Counted from the stretch's first letter, positions 8,134-18,704 are shown. The stretch is 43,252 nucleotides of DNA from Candidatus Woesearchaeota archaeon (GCA_964530285.1 CAZGZN010000001.1:1-43252), one strand, 5' to 3'. Program-made: numbers and translations. The notes: a model not told the origin generated them from the letters alone.

Positions 8134-9864
8134 ATGAGAATTGCTGTAATTGATAAGGAAAAATGTAAGCCCCTCGTTTGCAGTCACGAATGTGCAAAAT
8201 GTTGCCCAGTTAATAAAAAAGGAGAAGATTGTATCTTAATTGAAGATAAAGCCAGAATAGACGAAGATCTATGTGTGGGTTGTGGAATCTGTCCAAAGAG
8301 ATGTCCCTTCGGAGCAATTGAAATAATCAATCTCCCAGAAATGAAAGCAGATTCATTGGTTCACAGATTCGGAGAAAATGGTTTCGCATTATATGGTCTT
8401 CCTATCCCTAGGAACAATTCTGTGTTGGGATTGCTTGGTCGAAACGGAATAGGAAAATCAACAGCCGTAAAACTCCTCTGCGGAAAAGAAAAACCAAACC
8501 TTGGTAAAAAAGAAGCAACAAATTCAGAGATAAAATCTTTCTTCAAGGGACATGAATTAATAAAATATTTTGAAGAAATAGAAAATAAAACTGTTGCATA
8601 CAAACCACAAAATTTAAGTTTTCTTTCTACAAATATCCAAGTTAAAGAGCTTTTAGGCCAAAGAGCAGACGAGAAAACAATCAAAGAAACAACAAAAAAA
8701 CTTGGAATAGAACATCTCTTAGATAAATTCTTAAACAAACTATCTGGAGGAGAATTACAAAAAGTAGCAATACTTACAACCTGTTTAAAGAAATCGGATA
8801 TTTATTTTTTTGATGAACCTCTTGCCTACCTAGATATAGAAGAAAGACTAAAGATTTCAGATTTTATAAAGGAAATTTCTAAAGGAAGAACAGTTATTGT
8901 AGTAGAACATGATTTATTGATATTAGATTATCTAACAGAATATCTAAATGTCTTCTATGGACAACAAGGATGTTTTGGATTAGTTTCCGGACTAAAGAGC
9001 AGTGCAAGCGGAATAAACTCTTATCTAGATGGTTTTTTGAAAGAAGAAAATTTAAGAATAAGAAATAAAAAGTTATCGTTTAATTTTTCCAAAAACCCTC
9101 CTCTAGCAGGATATAATGTAACTAAATGGCCAACATTCAAAAAACAATTTCCCGAAGGATTTAGACTAGAAGTTAATGAAGGAGAAATTCATTCGAACCA
9201 TGTTTATGGAATTTTAGGAAAAAACGGAACTGGAAAAACCACCTTTGTAAAGTGCCTTTGTGGATTAGAAGAAATAGAGATTAATAACGAAAAAAAGAAA
9301 CTTGACTTAAACCTAAACATCTCCTATAAACCCCAATACCTCCCCTCAGACTCAGAAGAAATAGTTAGAGATATAATCCTCAAAGAAAAAATTAGTAAAA
9401 AACTTTCCTCAGAATTTAATTTAGAGAATATCTCTCAAAAAAGAATAAAAAATCTGTCTGGGGGGGAGTTACAAAGACTATTTATCGCAAGATGTTTAGC
9501 AAAAGAAGCAGATATTTATCTTATAGACGAACCCTCTGCTTATTTGGACGTAGAAGAAAGAATCTCATTAGCAAAAACAATAAAGGATTTTATGATGGAA
9601 AAAGAAAAGATAGCTTTTGTAGTCGACCACGATTTACTTTTAATTTCATATTTAGCAGATTCAATTGTAGTCTTTTCTGGAAAAAGTGGAGAAGCAGGAA
9701 AAAGTTCAGAAGTTCTCTCATTTGAGAAAGGAATAACTGCATTATTAAGAAATTTGGATATAACTCTTAGAAAAGACAAGGAAACTGGCAGACCCAGAAT
9801 AAACAAGAAAGGTTCAGTTCTGGACAGAGAACAAAAAGAAGCGAATAAATGGGCAATTTTCTAA
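8134..9864 (+). CDS. abce1: ABCE1 / RNase L inhibitor-type ribosome recycling ATPase
   Basis: N-terminal 2x[4Fe-4S] region (CAKCCPVNK, CVGCGICPKRCPFGAIEIINLP) followed by two ABC cassettes (GRNGIGKST/LSGGELQ; GKNGTGKTT/LSGGELQR). Confidence 0.92.
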   Translation: MRIAVIDKEKCKPLVCSHECAKCCPVNKKGEDCILIEDKARIDEDLCVGCGICPKRCPFGAIEIINLPEMKADSLVHRFGENGFALYGLPIPRNNSVLGLLGRNGIGKSTAVKLLCGKEKPNLGKKEATNSEIKSFFKGHELIKYFEEIENKTVAYKPQNLSFLSTNIQVKELLGQRADEKTIKETTKKLGIEHLLDKFLNKLSGGELQKVAILTTCLKKSDIYFFDEPLAYLDIEERLKISDFIKEISKGRTVIVVEHDLLILDYLTEYLNVFYGQQGCFGLVSGLKSSASGINSYLDGFLKEENLRIRNKKLSFNFSKNPPLAGYNVTKWPTFKKQFPEGFRLEVNEGEIHSNHVYGILGKNGTGKTTFVKCLCGLEEIEINNEKKKLDLNLNISYKPQYLPSDSEEIVRDIILKEKISKKLSSEFNLENISQKRIKNLSGGELQRLFIARCLAKEADIYLIDEPSAYLDVEERISLAKTIKDFMMEKEKIAFVVDHDLLLISYLADSIVVFSGKSGEAGKSSEVLSFEKGITALLRNLDITLRKDKETGRPRINKKGSVLDREQKEANKWAIF

Positions 9865-9902
9865 TAAAAAGTTGATTCTTTTAAAAATTCTTAAAGATAA
9901 GA

Positions 9903-10496
9903 TTATCTCGCACTATCTGCTTGCTTTTCTATATCGTTCTTCTTAGAAAGAGCATAACTATCAGCAGAATTTTCTGCAGCAAGCATTATTTCCTTAGCTA
10001 AACTTTCAGTAATTGTAATTTTCTTGTTAAATGCCTTATCATAAGAACCATTAACAAAAAACCTTAAAACCAAATTCAATCTTCTCCTAGGAGAAATATC
10101 TACTGCTTGAGGATATCTTGCCCCCCCATATTCAATAGAGGTTACCTCATCCCTCGGAGCTACATTCTCAATAGCCCTAACAAAAACGGCCACAGGATTT
10201 TCTCCAGTTTTTTTTGCAATTATTTCAAAAGCATCTAAAACAATCTTAACATTTCTAGAATATTTCCCACTGCTCCAATTAGTAATAATTCTATGTTTCT
10301 TACCTCTTGAACCTGGAACCCCTATAAGATTTACAAGTCTCTCAATAACACTAACTTTCGTTTTTGCTGGATCATACTTTATTCTCCCATGACTCTTTAA
10401 AACAAGTTTAGTATCTAAATTAATAACCCTTTTCAGACTAGGATCTTTTACACCGACTTCTGTCAAATCATATAAACCAAACGCTTTAAATTCCAT
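9903..10496 (-). CDS. rps7: Ribosomal protein uS7
   Basis: S7 family sequence in the conserved position after S12. ATG 10496 lies 1 nt after the S12 stop (the track TTG is at 10517). Confidence 0.85.
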   Translation of the reverse strand: MEFKAFGLYDLTEVGVKDPSLKRVINLDTKLVLKSHGRIKYDPAKTKVSVIERLVNLIGVPGSRGKKHRIITNWSSGKYSRNVKIVLDAFEIIAKKTGENPVAVFVRAIENVAPRDEVTSIEYGGARYPQAVDISPRRRLNLVLRFFVNGSYDKAFNKKITITESLAKEIMLAAENSADSYALSKKNDIEKQADSAR

Positions 10497-10497
10497 T

Positions 10498-10938
10498 TTA
10501 TCTTCTACCCTTCTCAATCTTTCCCTTCCACAATCTTCTAAGTGGTTGGTCGTTTACTTTAATTACTTGATAATTAACTCCAGACAAATCTCCTTTTGTC
10601 TTTCCCATCTTTCCACCAATTCTTTCAATCATAACCTCATCATGCTCATCAACAAATTTTTGCGCAAGATTACCCGGAATAAAAGCAGTAATTTCCTTAC
10701 CAGTTTTAGTCAGCTGAACCCTACAACACTTTCTCATAGCAGAATTTGGCTGCTTAGCTTCTTTTTGAATTTTAGAAATAACAATTCCTTTAGCTTGAGA
10801 ACTGCCCTTAAGAGGATTGAACTTTAAAGTTATTCCTGTCTTTTTCTTCTTGTAAACTTTATTATTCAATCTGAACTTGCTTCTTCTATTCTTTAGTTTT
10901 CTTCCACTCATCAATCCCATAATATCTCCTCTTGACAT
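10498..10938 (-). CDS. rps12: Ribosomal protein uS12
   Basis: KQPNSAMRKCCRVQL..ITAFIPG motif. An alternative start at 10920 is preceded by AGGAG. Confidence 0.9.
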   Translation of the reverse strand: MSRGDIMGLMSGRKLKNRRSKFRLNNKVYKKKKTGITLKFNPLKGSSQAKGIVISKIQKEAKQPNSAMRKCCRVQLTKTGKEITAFIPGNLAQKFVDEHDEVMIERIGGKMGKTKGDLSGVNYQVIKVNDQPLRRLWKGKIEKGRR

Positions 10939-10954
10939 TCATTTAAAAACTTTC

Positions 10955-11377
10955 CTATTGGCATATTTTTACTCCTTGAATCCCAAAAGATTTATTTAAT
11001 ATCTCTTTCAACTCCTTTTCTCGAATTCTATCTCGACCAATCAACATCGCTCTTCCCTGCATTGCAGCAGAAATAAATAACTCATTGTCTCTCAACTCGA
11101 CGCTGTTAACCTCTATTGGGTCAATTAAATCAAGTACAAACTTCTTTATTCCCAAGTTTGTAGCAGGCATTTCAATTATCTTTATTTTTCTTCTAAGAAT
11201 CTCACTTAATTTCTTTACATTAGAGCCCCTAGCTCCAAGTGCTCTTTGAAATTTAGATTTGGGAACCGCAAAATGCAAAGTATTATTATAGTTAAAACAA
11301 TCTGTAGTTGAAACTCCCGAAACTTTTTCAAAGAGATTAATATACCTCATAAATTGCATATCTATAATTTTTGCCAT
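10955..11377 (-). CDS. nusA: Archaeal NusA-like KH-domain termination factor
   Basis: ~140 aa, two KH-like repeats (ALGARGSNVKKL; LIGRDRIREKEL). Conserved position between L30e and S12. The ATG lies 1 nt after the L30e stop. Confidence 0.8.
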   Translation of the reverse strand: MAKIIDMQFMRYINLFEKVSGVSTTDCFNYNNTLHFAVPKSKFQRALGARGSNVKKLSEILRRKIKIIEMPATNLGIKKFVLDLIDPIEVNSVELRDNELFISAAMQGRAMLIGRDRIREKELKEILNKSFGIQGVKICQ

Positions 11378-11378
11378 C

Positions 11379-11627
11379 TTATTCAACTAAAAAAACCTCA
11401 GACTCAAAATCAAGTTCCAATTCCTTAGCTACCTCTTCTTTATTCTTCAAAAACTCAAAATTAATATCCTTGCTCTGAAGAATTTCGATAGTTTCATTTC
11501 TTGCATCCTTAACAACAAAAACCTTCGAAGATTTTTTCTTCTTATCCTTGAATGCTTTCAAGACTTGTTTAATTCCCAGTTTAACTTTTCCATTCTCATT
11601 TGCTTCTTTCAGTTCTTTCAAGCTCAT
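11379..11627 (-). CDS. rpl30e: Ribosomal protein eL30 (L30e), short
   Basis: GKVKLGIKQVLKAF pattern and the conserved rpoA-L30e-nusA order. ATGA overlap with the rpoA stop. Confidence 0.65.
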   Translation of the reverse strand: MSLKELKEANENGKVKLGIKQVLKAFKDKKKKSSKVFVVKDARNETIEILQSKDINFEFLKNKEEVAKELELDFESEVFLVE

Positions 11628-14600
11628 TTCTTATCCTCCTTCTTTACTAAAGGACCTGTAACCTTTACCAATAAACCTGGTAAGCCAGTACCCACAGGAA
11701 CGGGTTGGTTCAAAATAATATTCTCTATAACCGAAGAAAGTTTATCTTCTTTTCCTGTTTTTGTAGCTCCGACAAAATGCTTAACTGGAGTTTCGAAAGA
11801 AGCTCTCGCCAAAACAGAATTCTTATCTGAAATAATTCCTACCCTTGTAACGCCCTTAACAATCCCTGAAGAAGTCATAGCATCTGCAACCAAAGATAAA
11901 TGCCTTCTGTTAATATCTAATCCCTGAGAAACCAGGACTTTTGATATTTCATTAACTATCGATTGTCTTGCTGCCTCAATACCAAGGACCTCTGCAATTT
12001 CATGAATGTTATTAGAAAAAACTTTGTTAGAATTAACTCCTTTGAAATTCATAACATCCTTCAAGTTAGAACCCGCAGTTAAAACAACATAATCTCTGTC
12101 TCTCTTAACCACCAAAACCTGAGTAATTCCTTTAACACCTGAAATAATTGTTTCTTTTATCTTTTGTTTCGTCTTAAACAACTCCTTGAAATCTGCTTCT
12201 GGAAAAGAAAGAACAAGAACATCCCCTCTTCGTTTTACCTTAAATCCTTTTTCGTCCAAGCCTTCTTCTACTTTTTCTAACCCCATATGAACTCTTTTCA
12301 AAGAAGAGGAGTCAATTGAGATCTCTAAACTCTTGGAAGAGAAATCAACTCCGATTTCCGAAACAATTTCTTTTAATTTTACTTCTTTTAATTTCTCCGC
12401 GACGATTCTAGCAGCCTGTTCATTATTGTGTTCGCTATCTAGATAAACTTCCATAGATGGAGTCGAAGGTAATTTTCTAGCATCCAAAATTTCAATTAAT
12501 CTTGGCAAACCTTGTGTAACCTGAACTTCTGCAACACCCGCAGAATGGAAAACATTCAAAACCATCTGTGTAGAGGATTCACCAAAAGATTGGGCCGTTA
12601 AAATACCAATTGCTTCCCCTGGAGAAACTTTCTTATTCTTGTGAAGTGCAGCTACATCCATGCCGTCCCCACCAAACTGAAATTGAACAATATTATCTGA
12701 AGAATCTCTAACAGTTCCGTCATACTCAACAATCAAATCTTGCAATGCAGAAACAAGTCTTCTATACAAATAACCTGATTTAGGAGTTCTCAAAGCAGTA
12801 TCCATCATTGCGTCTCGCCCAGTCATTGCACCAAAGAAGAATTCATCAGGTCGAAGTCCTTTAATAAAGGAGTTCTCTATAAATCCTGCCGAACGAGGAC
12901 TAGAATCCCCTTTCTTGAAAAAACTCAAGGACCTTCCACTATAACCAAAATTAATTCTTTTACCATTTAAAACCTGTTGACCTACGAGGCAAGACATCTG
13001 AGTAATATTCAACATATTACCTCTCGCACCAGAACTAATCATTTGATTAGCAAGATTCTCTTTTGGAAAGTGATCCTTTACATATTTACCCACATCTGTT
13101 CTAACAGAATTAAGAACTTGCAGAATCTTTATTTCTCGGGTTTCCTCAGCAGTCTTACCCGGCAAGATTTCCAAACTTCCTGCATAAAATGAAGCAATTA
13201 TTTCATCTACTTTCTTGTTAGCATTTTGAAGTATCTTTGCAGTTTCATTTCTTATATTCTCAGAAACATTAATATCTGCAAGAGAAATTGTAAATCCATT
13301 TCTAGACAAGAATGAAACACCTACCCTAAAGAATTTTTCTAAAACTTCCACAGTTTCTTTTCTACTGAGTTGACTATCCAACTCCCTAACAAACTCTCCT
13401 TCTTCAGAAGTAAGATTTCTTGAGTTAGACAAATCAGATTTAAATTTAACATTTGAAGGAACAAGAGATTTCATTAAGTCCTCACCAGAATTTTTATTTT
13501 TCAAATTAAATTTATCTCCTGCTCTAGAACCAAAAAGTAACTGAGCAGATTCAGACTTATCTAACTCACTTCTAGCAAGAAGATAACTACCAGTAACAGA
13601 GTCATCATCACATCCTATAAGATTTGTATTATTCTTGGGAGACATTAATGATTGTTCAACATCTAAAAGAGCGCTAGCTTCCGCCCTAGCTTCCTCAGTT
13701 TGAGGACCATGAATATTCATTTCATCCCCATCAAAATCTGCATTGTATGGGAAACATACCGCGGGGTGCAATCTAAATGTTTTTCCAGGCAAAACTCTAA
13801 CAAAATGCGCCATCAAGGAAGACCTATGTAGAGAAGGATGTCTATTGAACAAAACAACGTCTCCATCAACAAGTTGCCTATCCACCGAATAACCAATTTC
13901 TATTTCAGTGGCCAAGTCTTCTTTCAAATCAGGAGAAACTCTTTTCTTTTTACCATCAGGCCTAACAATGTAATTCGCTTGAGGGTAAGATTCAGAAAGA
14001 ATCAGTTTTTTTAATCTCTCTATATTAAACTGAGTAACTCTTTCAGCAACAGTAATTATTTTAGCAACTTCGAAAGGAACACCTATTTCATTAATCTTGA
14101 TATTTGGATCTGGTGAAACAACAGTTCTCGCAGAAAAATTAACCCTCTTACCTGCCAAATTCTTTCTGATTCTTCCCTCTTTTCCCTTAATTCTTTCATT
14201 TATAGTCTTAAGAGGTTGCCCGCTTCTATGTCTCGCAGGAGGAATTTTAGCGATGGAGTTATCAAAGAAAGTTGTGATGTGATACTGAAGTAAGTCCCAT
14301 AAATCCTCAACAATAACCTCCGGAGCACCAGCATTTAAGTTTTCCCAAAGTCTTTGATTAGATCGGATAATATCTGACAATTTATGTGTCAAATCATCTT
14401 CACTTCTTTCTCCACTTTCAAGAGTAATTGAAGGTCTAACAGTTACTGGAGGAACAAGTAAATAAGTAAGAACAGCCCATTCAGGCCTTAAACTTTCAGC
14501 ATTTATTCCTAGAACTTTCAAATCTGAATCATCCACTTTTACAAGTCTCTCTCTAATCTCTGTAGGCATGATTCTTCTCTTTCCAATATAAAAAGAAGAT

Positions 14601-15037
14601 GGTTTTTCCAACTTTGGTTTTTCCTGAACAAATCCACAATGGGGACATTTCTTAGCATCCTTTGCTTTTTTAACACGAACCTTTAAAGAATCTTTAGCTT
14701 GTTCTTCGGTCAATAAAACCTTACCACAAGCTTCACAGCAACCTCTTAGAACAGATTCAATAATACTTAAATATTTTATATGAATAATTGGTCTAGCCAA
14801 CTCAATCATACCTGGATGCCCCAAACATTCTTTAAGTCTTCCGCCACAAGTTCTACATCTAACCCCCGGGTCTATTGCTCCAAGTTTTAAATCCATTAAA
14901 CCACCATCAACAGGATACCCGTCGATATCATAGAGTTCAGGAGTTACAATCTTCGCAACTGCAATTTTCTTTATGGTCTCTGGGCCATACAAACTAAAGC
15001 TTAATCCTTCAATCTGTTTTTTTATTGGTTTTTCCAT
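11624..15037 (-). CDS. rpoA: DNA-directed RNA polymerase subunit A, unsplit (A' and A'' parts in one ORF)
   Basis: Zn motifs at the N-terminus, catalytic NADFDGDEMNIH, and the trigger-loop region GEAIGILTAQSFGESSTQMVLNVFHSAGV, all in one 1137-aa frame. Confidence 0.93.
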   Translation of the reverse strand: MEKPIKKQIEGLSFSLYGPETIKKIAVAKIVTPELYDIDGYPVDGGLMDLKLGAIDPGVRCRTCGGRLKECLGHPGMIELARPIIHIKYLSIIESVLRGCCEACGKVLLTEEQAKDSLKVRVKKAKDAKKCPHCGFVQEKPKLEKPSSFYIGKRRIMPTEIRERLVKVDDSDLKVLGINAESLRPEWAVLTYLLVPPVTVRPSITLESGERSEDDLTHKLSDIIRSNQRLWENLNAGAPEVIVEDLWDLLQYHITTFFDNSIAKIPPARHRSGQPLKTINERIKGKEGRIRKNLAGKRVNFSARTVVSPDPNIKINEIGVPFEVAKIITVAERVTQFNIERLKKLILSESYPQANYIVRPDGKKKRVSPDLKEDLATEIEIGYSVDRQLVDGDVVLFNRHPSLHRSSLMAHFVRVLPGKTFRLHPAVCFPYNADFDGDEMNIHGPQTEEARAEASALLDVEQSLMSPKNNTNLIGCDDDSVTGSYLLARSELDKSESAQLLFGSRAGDKFNLKNKNSGEDLMKSLVPSNVKFKSDLSNSRNLTSEEGEFVRELDSQLSRKETVEVLEKFFRVGVSFLSRNGFTISLADINVSENIRNETAKILQNANKKVDEIIASFYAGSLEILPGKTAEETREIKILQVLNSVRTDVGKYVKDHFPKENLANQMISSGARGNMLNITQMSCLVGQQVLNGKRINFGYSGRSLSFFKKGDSSPRSAGFIENSFIKGLRPDEFFFGAMTGRDAMMDTALRTPKSGYLYRRLVSALQDLIVEYDGTVRDSSDNIVQFQFGGDGMDVAALHKNKKVSPGEAIGILTAQSFGESSTQMVLNVFHSAGVAEVQVTQGLPRLIEILDARKLPSTPSMEVYLDSEHNNEQAARIVAEKLKEVKLKEIVSEIGVDFSSKSLEISIDSSSLKRVHMGLEKVEEGLDEKGFKVKRRGDVLVLSFPEADFKELFKTKQKIKETIISGVKGITQVLVVKRDRDYVVLTAGSNLKDVMNFKGVNSNKVFSNNIHEIAEVLGIEAARQSIVNEISKVLVSQGLDINRRHLSLVADAMTSSGIVKGVTRVGIISDKNSVLARASFETPVKHFVGATKTGKEDKLSSVIENIILNQPVPVGTGLPGLLVKVTGPLVKKEDKK

Positions 15038-15067
15038 TTTCTTATTGAATTTTAATTGCTTTTAAAT

Positions 15068-18000
15068 CTACTCGTATTTATTCTTTAATTTAAATTTAGT
15101 TGAAATATGCATACCTTGAAGCTCTTCAAGAAGCAACTTGAAAGCATATGAAACCTCAACAGGTTCAACATGTCTTGATTGACAAACAGGACAAGAGATT
15201 TTCTTTCTTATTTGATCGTCAAGTGCTAAAGAACCACATCTTTCACAGATATGAACAACAACTTTATCAGAGTCATATCTTTCTTTTAGTAATAATGATG
15301 CACCATGCGCCACCAATGCTTGCTGCTCCATCTCCCCAAGTCTTAAACCTCCACCACGAGATCTTCCCTCAATTGGTTGTCTTGTTAAAAGAGCGATTTT
15401 GCCCGAAGCTCTTGCATGAAGAAGATTCTTTACCATTCTTCCTAGTTTTAGATAATACATATTCCCAACAAAAATCTTTACAGCAAGCCTTTGGCCTGTA
15501 ACACCATGATACATTATCTCTTTTCCATCATATCTGAATCCTAATCTTTCTAAACTCTCTTCCAATGTTCCTAATTCTTGACCGGAGAAAGCTGAGGCAT
15601 CAGACACATGACCAGAGATTGCAGCAACCTTACTAGCCATAATTTCCAAAAGATAACCTGCAGTCATACGAGAAGGAATACCGTGAGGATTAAATATCAA
15701 ATCAGGTTTTATCCCATTAACCGTAAAAGGAATATCTGCTTCTTCTGCAAGCATTCCAACAACCCCTTTCTGACCATGAGGTGTAGCAAATTTATCCCCC
15801 ATTTCTGGCCTCCTCAAATCTCTCAATCTCGCCTGAACAATCTTGTTCCCCTCTTCATCTTGAGTAATAAATATGCCATCAACAGTCCCACTTTCTTCTT
15901 GCTTAACAACAGTACTATTTTCTTTCTTGGATTGGATAGAAATTTCTCTCATATCTGACAAAAATTTAGGAGGACTAACTTTCCCAATAATTGCATCCCC
16001 TTCAGAAACACCTGCCTCTGGATAGATTATTCCATCATCCTCAAGATAACGATAAGATTCTTCAGTCCTATAACCTGAGACATCTTTTTCAGGAACACAG
16101 ATTTCGTCCTTTAATCTTCCAGCATAATTAAGCTCAACAGAGGAGTAAGGCTTGAAATATGTGCTTCTACCAAACCCCCTATCAACAGAGGCCTTATTTA
16201 AAACAACAGCATCTTCGACATTATAACCTTCGAAGGGTAATACAGCAACAACAACATTCTGTCCAGCAGGATAAACTTCTAATTCATCGTAGATAAAACT
16301 TCTTGCAAGAGGTTTCTGAGGATAATTTAAAACAGAAACGTTTGTATCAATTCTTAATGGAAAGCTAGCCGCATAAATACCCAAAGATTGAGTTTGAGTT
16401 TTACTTCCCCTCAATAAACGAGGAGCTTGGTCATGATTTGCATAAGGAACAATCGAAGTGATTATACCTAAACAAGCAATTTGATCAATCTCAAGATAAT
16501 CATGTTCTTTAGTAACTTCGTTTGGATAAAGAGCAACAAGAGAACCATCTTCTTCTGAAGCATCTATGTATTCTACCATCCCCTTAGATACTAAATCTGA
16601 CCAATTCATTACACCACTTTTAATTAATTCAATATGTTCTGAATTAATTCTTGGAAGCCCTTCATCAACCACAATAAGAGGTCTTAAAACTCTTCCAATC
16701 TCTGTAGAAATGAATATATTCCCCAAATCAGAATTAAATCTTATTCCCAATTCTTGAGGCAATTCCTGGTTTCTTCTTTTTTCTCGAACAGCTCTAAAAA
16801 AATCTTGAGGAGAATCTACGACTCCAATAAATCTTCCATTGAAAAAAACATCAATTCCCTCTTTAGCACCTTTCTTTAAACCAATTTGAGAGAAAAGTGT
16901 AATCATCTTATCTTCAGGCATTTTGCTTCTTGTAGAAACTTTTGCAAGCATAGCAAGATTTTTTCTCAGACCAATATCTGTTCCTTCAGGAGTTTCAATA
17001 GGACAAAATCTTCCATAATGTGTTGGATGAACTGTTCTAGCAGCAAAGTTTTCTTGCTCTCCAGCTAAAGAAGAAACCACCTTTTGCAGTTGAGAAACCA
17101 TAGCAAAACTATTGTCTTTCTTCATATTTTGAGTAACACCCGTTCTCTCTCCAATCCAAGAACCAGTTGCAATAGCAGATTCGACTCTGTGGGAAAAAAG
17201 GGTGGATTTTGCAATCGCTTTAATAGAATAAAATTTTCTTCGTTTGACAGTTTTTTGCAAAGAATGCTGTATTTCTCTAATAAGAATATTAAGATTCACT
17301 CTAAACAAATCCGCCAATAAATCTCCAGATAATCTGACTCTCTTATTAGCATAATGATCTTTATCAGTCATATGTTCTCCAGGATGAGCCTTAGCAATAT
17401 AAAATTGTTTTACTAATTTACAAAGAGTTCTAGCTTTTTCAATCCTATGGGACTTATCTAAACCTACATGGGGTAGAAGATAAGAATCAATCCTCTGTTT
17501 AACCCTATCAAGAATTTCTTTCTTAGTTCCTTGTAATGAACTCAATTCTGCAAGTTTTAACATTGCATCTTCGACCGATCCAATATTTGCGAACTCTGAA
17601 AGATTAACAATCATACCATCATTTTCTTGACCAATCATTTCAGAAATTTCTTGTTCAGAGACCATTCCTAGTGATTTAAGTAAAACTATCAGTGGAATTT
17701 TTCTAAACCTAGAAAAAGAAACTTCTAAAATTCCTTCCTTGTTTTCAAGAATAGAAACAGGAATTTTGTAAGCTCCCCTCTGTGAAAATAATCTTAACAT
17801 AAATCCTTTTGTTTTGGAATTCTCTATAAACGGTTGATTTGAAGCCAAATCTTCCCCCATAACTATAACTCTCTCATTACCATTTATAAGAAAGTATCCT
17901 CCAGAATCAGAAGGGTCTTCATATTTTTGAACAAGTTCTTCCTTGGATAAACCATAAAGATTACAAGCCTTACTCTTAACAAGAACAGGAATTTTACCCA

Positions 18001-18364
18001 ATCTAACTTCTGCAGATTCCACTTGACCACCATATTTAACAGTTATTTCTATATCTATTGGGGCGGAGTAGGTAAGATTTCTCAATCTAGCCTCTGCAGG
18101 AGTGATATACTTTAAAGAACCATCTGCTTCAATAAGACTCGGCTTTCCAAAGCTAATTTTTCCAAGTTTAATCTCAAATTCCTCACTAGAAACCATAGAA
18201 TTCAAATCATTCACAATTTCTTGCATTTTGCCTTCTAAGAAATCATTAAACGAAGCTAGATTGGACTCTACAAGAGAAGAATTCTTTAAAAAACTTTTGA
18301 TAATAACATGATCCTTATCCAAGACCATCTTTCTATCTGTAATACTTAATGCTTTATTTTCCAT
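15068..18364 (-). CDS. rpoB: DNA-directed RNA polymerase subunit B (unsplit)
   Basis: ~1100 aa with GDKFATPHGQKGV, LRLGEMEQQAL and a C-terminal Zn ribbon CERCGS..CPVCQ. ATG 18364 lies 1 nt after the rpoH stop (the track TTG is at 18376). Confidence 0.93.
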   Translation of the reverse strand: MENKALSITDRKMVLDKDHVIIKSFLKNSSLVESNLASFNDFLEGKMQEIVNDLNSMVSSEEFEIKLGKISFGKPSLIEADGSLKYITPAEARLRNLTYSAPIDIEITVKYGGQVESAEVRLGKIPVLVKSKACNLYGLSKEELVQKYEDPSDSGGYFLINGNERVIVMGEDLASNQPFIENSKTKGFMLRLFSQRGAYKIPVSILENKEGILEVSFSRFRKIPLIVLLKSLGMVSEQEISEMIGQENDGMIVNLSEFANIGSVEDAMLKLAELSSLQGTKKEILDRVKQRIDSYLLPHVGLDKSHRIEKARTLCKLVKQFYIAKAHPGEHMTDKDHYANKRVRLSGDLLADLFRVNLNILIREIQHSLQKTVKRRKFYSIKAIAKSTLFSHRVESAIATGSWIGERTGVTQNMKKDNSFAMVSQLQKVVSSLAGEQENFAARTVHPTHYGRFCPIETPEGTDIGLRKNLAMLAKVSTRSKMPEDKMITLFSQIGLKKGAKEGIDVFFNGRFIGVVDSPQDFFRAVREKRRNQELPQELGIRFNSDLGNIFISTEIGRVLRPLIVVDEGLPRINSEHIELIKSGVMNWSDLVSKGMVEYIDASEEDGSLVALYPNEVTKEHDYLEIDQIACLGIITSIVPYANHDQAPRLLRGSKTQTQSLGIYAASFPLRIDTNVSVLNYPQKPLARSFIYDELEVYPAGQNVVVAVLPFEGYNVEDAVVLNKASVDRGFGRSTYFKPYSSVELNYAGRLKDEICVPEKDVSGYRTEESYRYLEDDGIIYPEAGVSEGDAIIGKVSPPKFLSDMREISIQSKKENSTVVKQEESGTVDGIFITQDEEGNKIVQARLRDLRRPEMGDKFATPHGQKGVVGMLAEEADIPFTVNGIKPDLIFNPHGIPSRMTAGYLLEIMASKVAAISGHVSDASAFSGQELGTLEESLERLGFRYDGKEIMYHGVTGQRLAVKIFVGNMYYLKLGRMVKNLLHARASGKIALLTRQPIEGRSRGGGLRLGEMEQQALVAHGASLLLKERYDSDKVVVHICERCGSLALDDQIRKKISCPVCQSRHVEPVEVSYAFKLLLEELQGMHISTKFKLKNKYE

Positions 18365-18365
18365 T

Positions 18366-18572
18366 TTAAGAAACAACCCTATAAAATTTTTCTAAACCTG
18401 CTTCACACTCTCTTTCAACTAAAAGAACATCTCCAGATTCGCAATTTTCTGGAACAGAAACATCTTCCTTCGAGATTTTAGGAAGTTGTACCACAGAAAG
18501 ATTATATTCATCCAATAGTTTCTCAACTTCTTCTTTTTTCAATTTTGTATGTTTTGGCTGGAGTGCGTGCAT
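18366..18572 (-). CDS. rpoH: RNA polymerase subunit H (Rpb5-like)
   Basis: 68 aa with PKHTKLKKEEVEKLL..QLPKISKEDV..GDVLLVER..YRVV. First gene of the rpo operon. Confidence 0.85.
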   Translation of the reverse strand: MHALQPKHTKLKKEEVEKLLDEYNLSVVQLPKISKEDVSVPENCESGDVLLVERECEAGLEKFYRVVS

Positions 18573-18658
18573 AATAAAGAATAGTAAATTTATCTAAAGT
18601 TGAAACAAAAAGTGCCTTTAAAAATCTTTTGTTTTTCATTTTTTAGAGATTATAAACC

Positions 18659-18670
18659 AAAGATTTAAAA
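18659..18670 (+). promoter_or_regulatory. BRE/TATA-like motif AAAGATTTAAAA upstream of RuBisCO
   Basis: 34 nt upstream of ATG 18705. AGGTGG (18694-18699) could act as a Shine-Dalgarno site, so this would be a leadered exception. Confidence 0.4.
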
Positions 18671-18704
18671 GTGAAAAATACTGAAGACTAGTTAGGTGGT
18701 TTGA

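Noticed and set aside
8134-9864. Twin-ABC ATPase as a transporter or defence ATPase
   Set aside because: The N-terminal double 4Fe-4S domain and the absence of TM segments identify it as the universal ABCE1 ribosome-recycling factor.
11624-18572. Inteins, frameshifts or stop-codon recoding in the large genes (rpoA, rpoB, also mcm)
   Set aside because: All are single uninterrupted frames with contiguous conserved motifs and no extra Cys/Ser...HN splice-junction insert. The standard genetic code explains every gene in the window.
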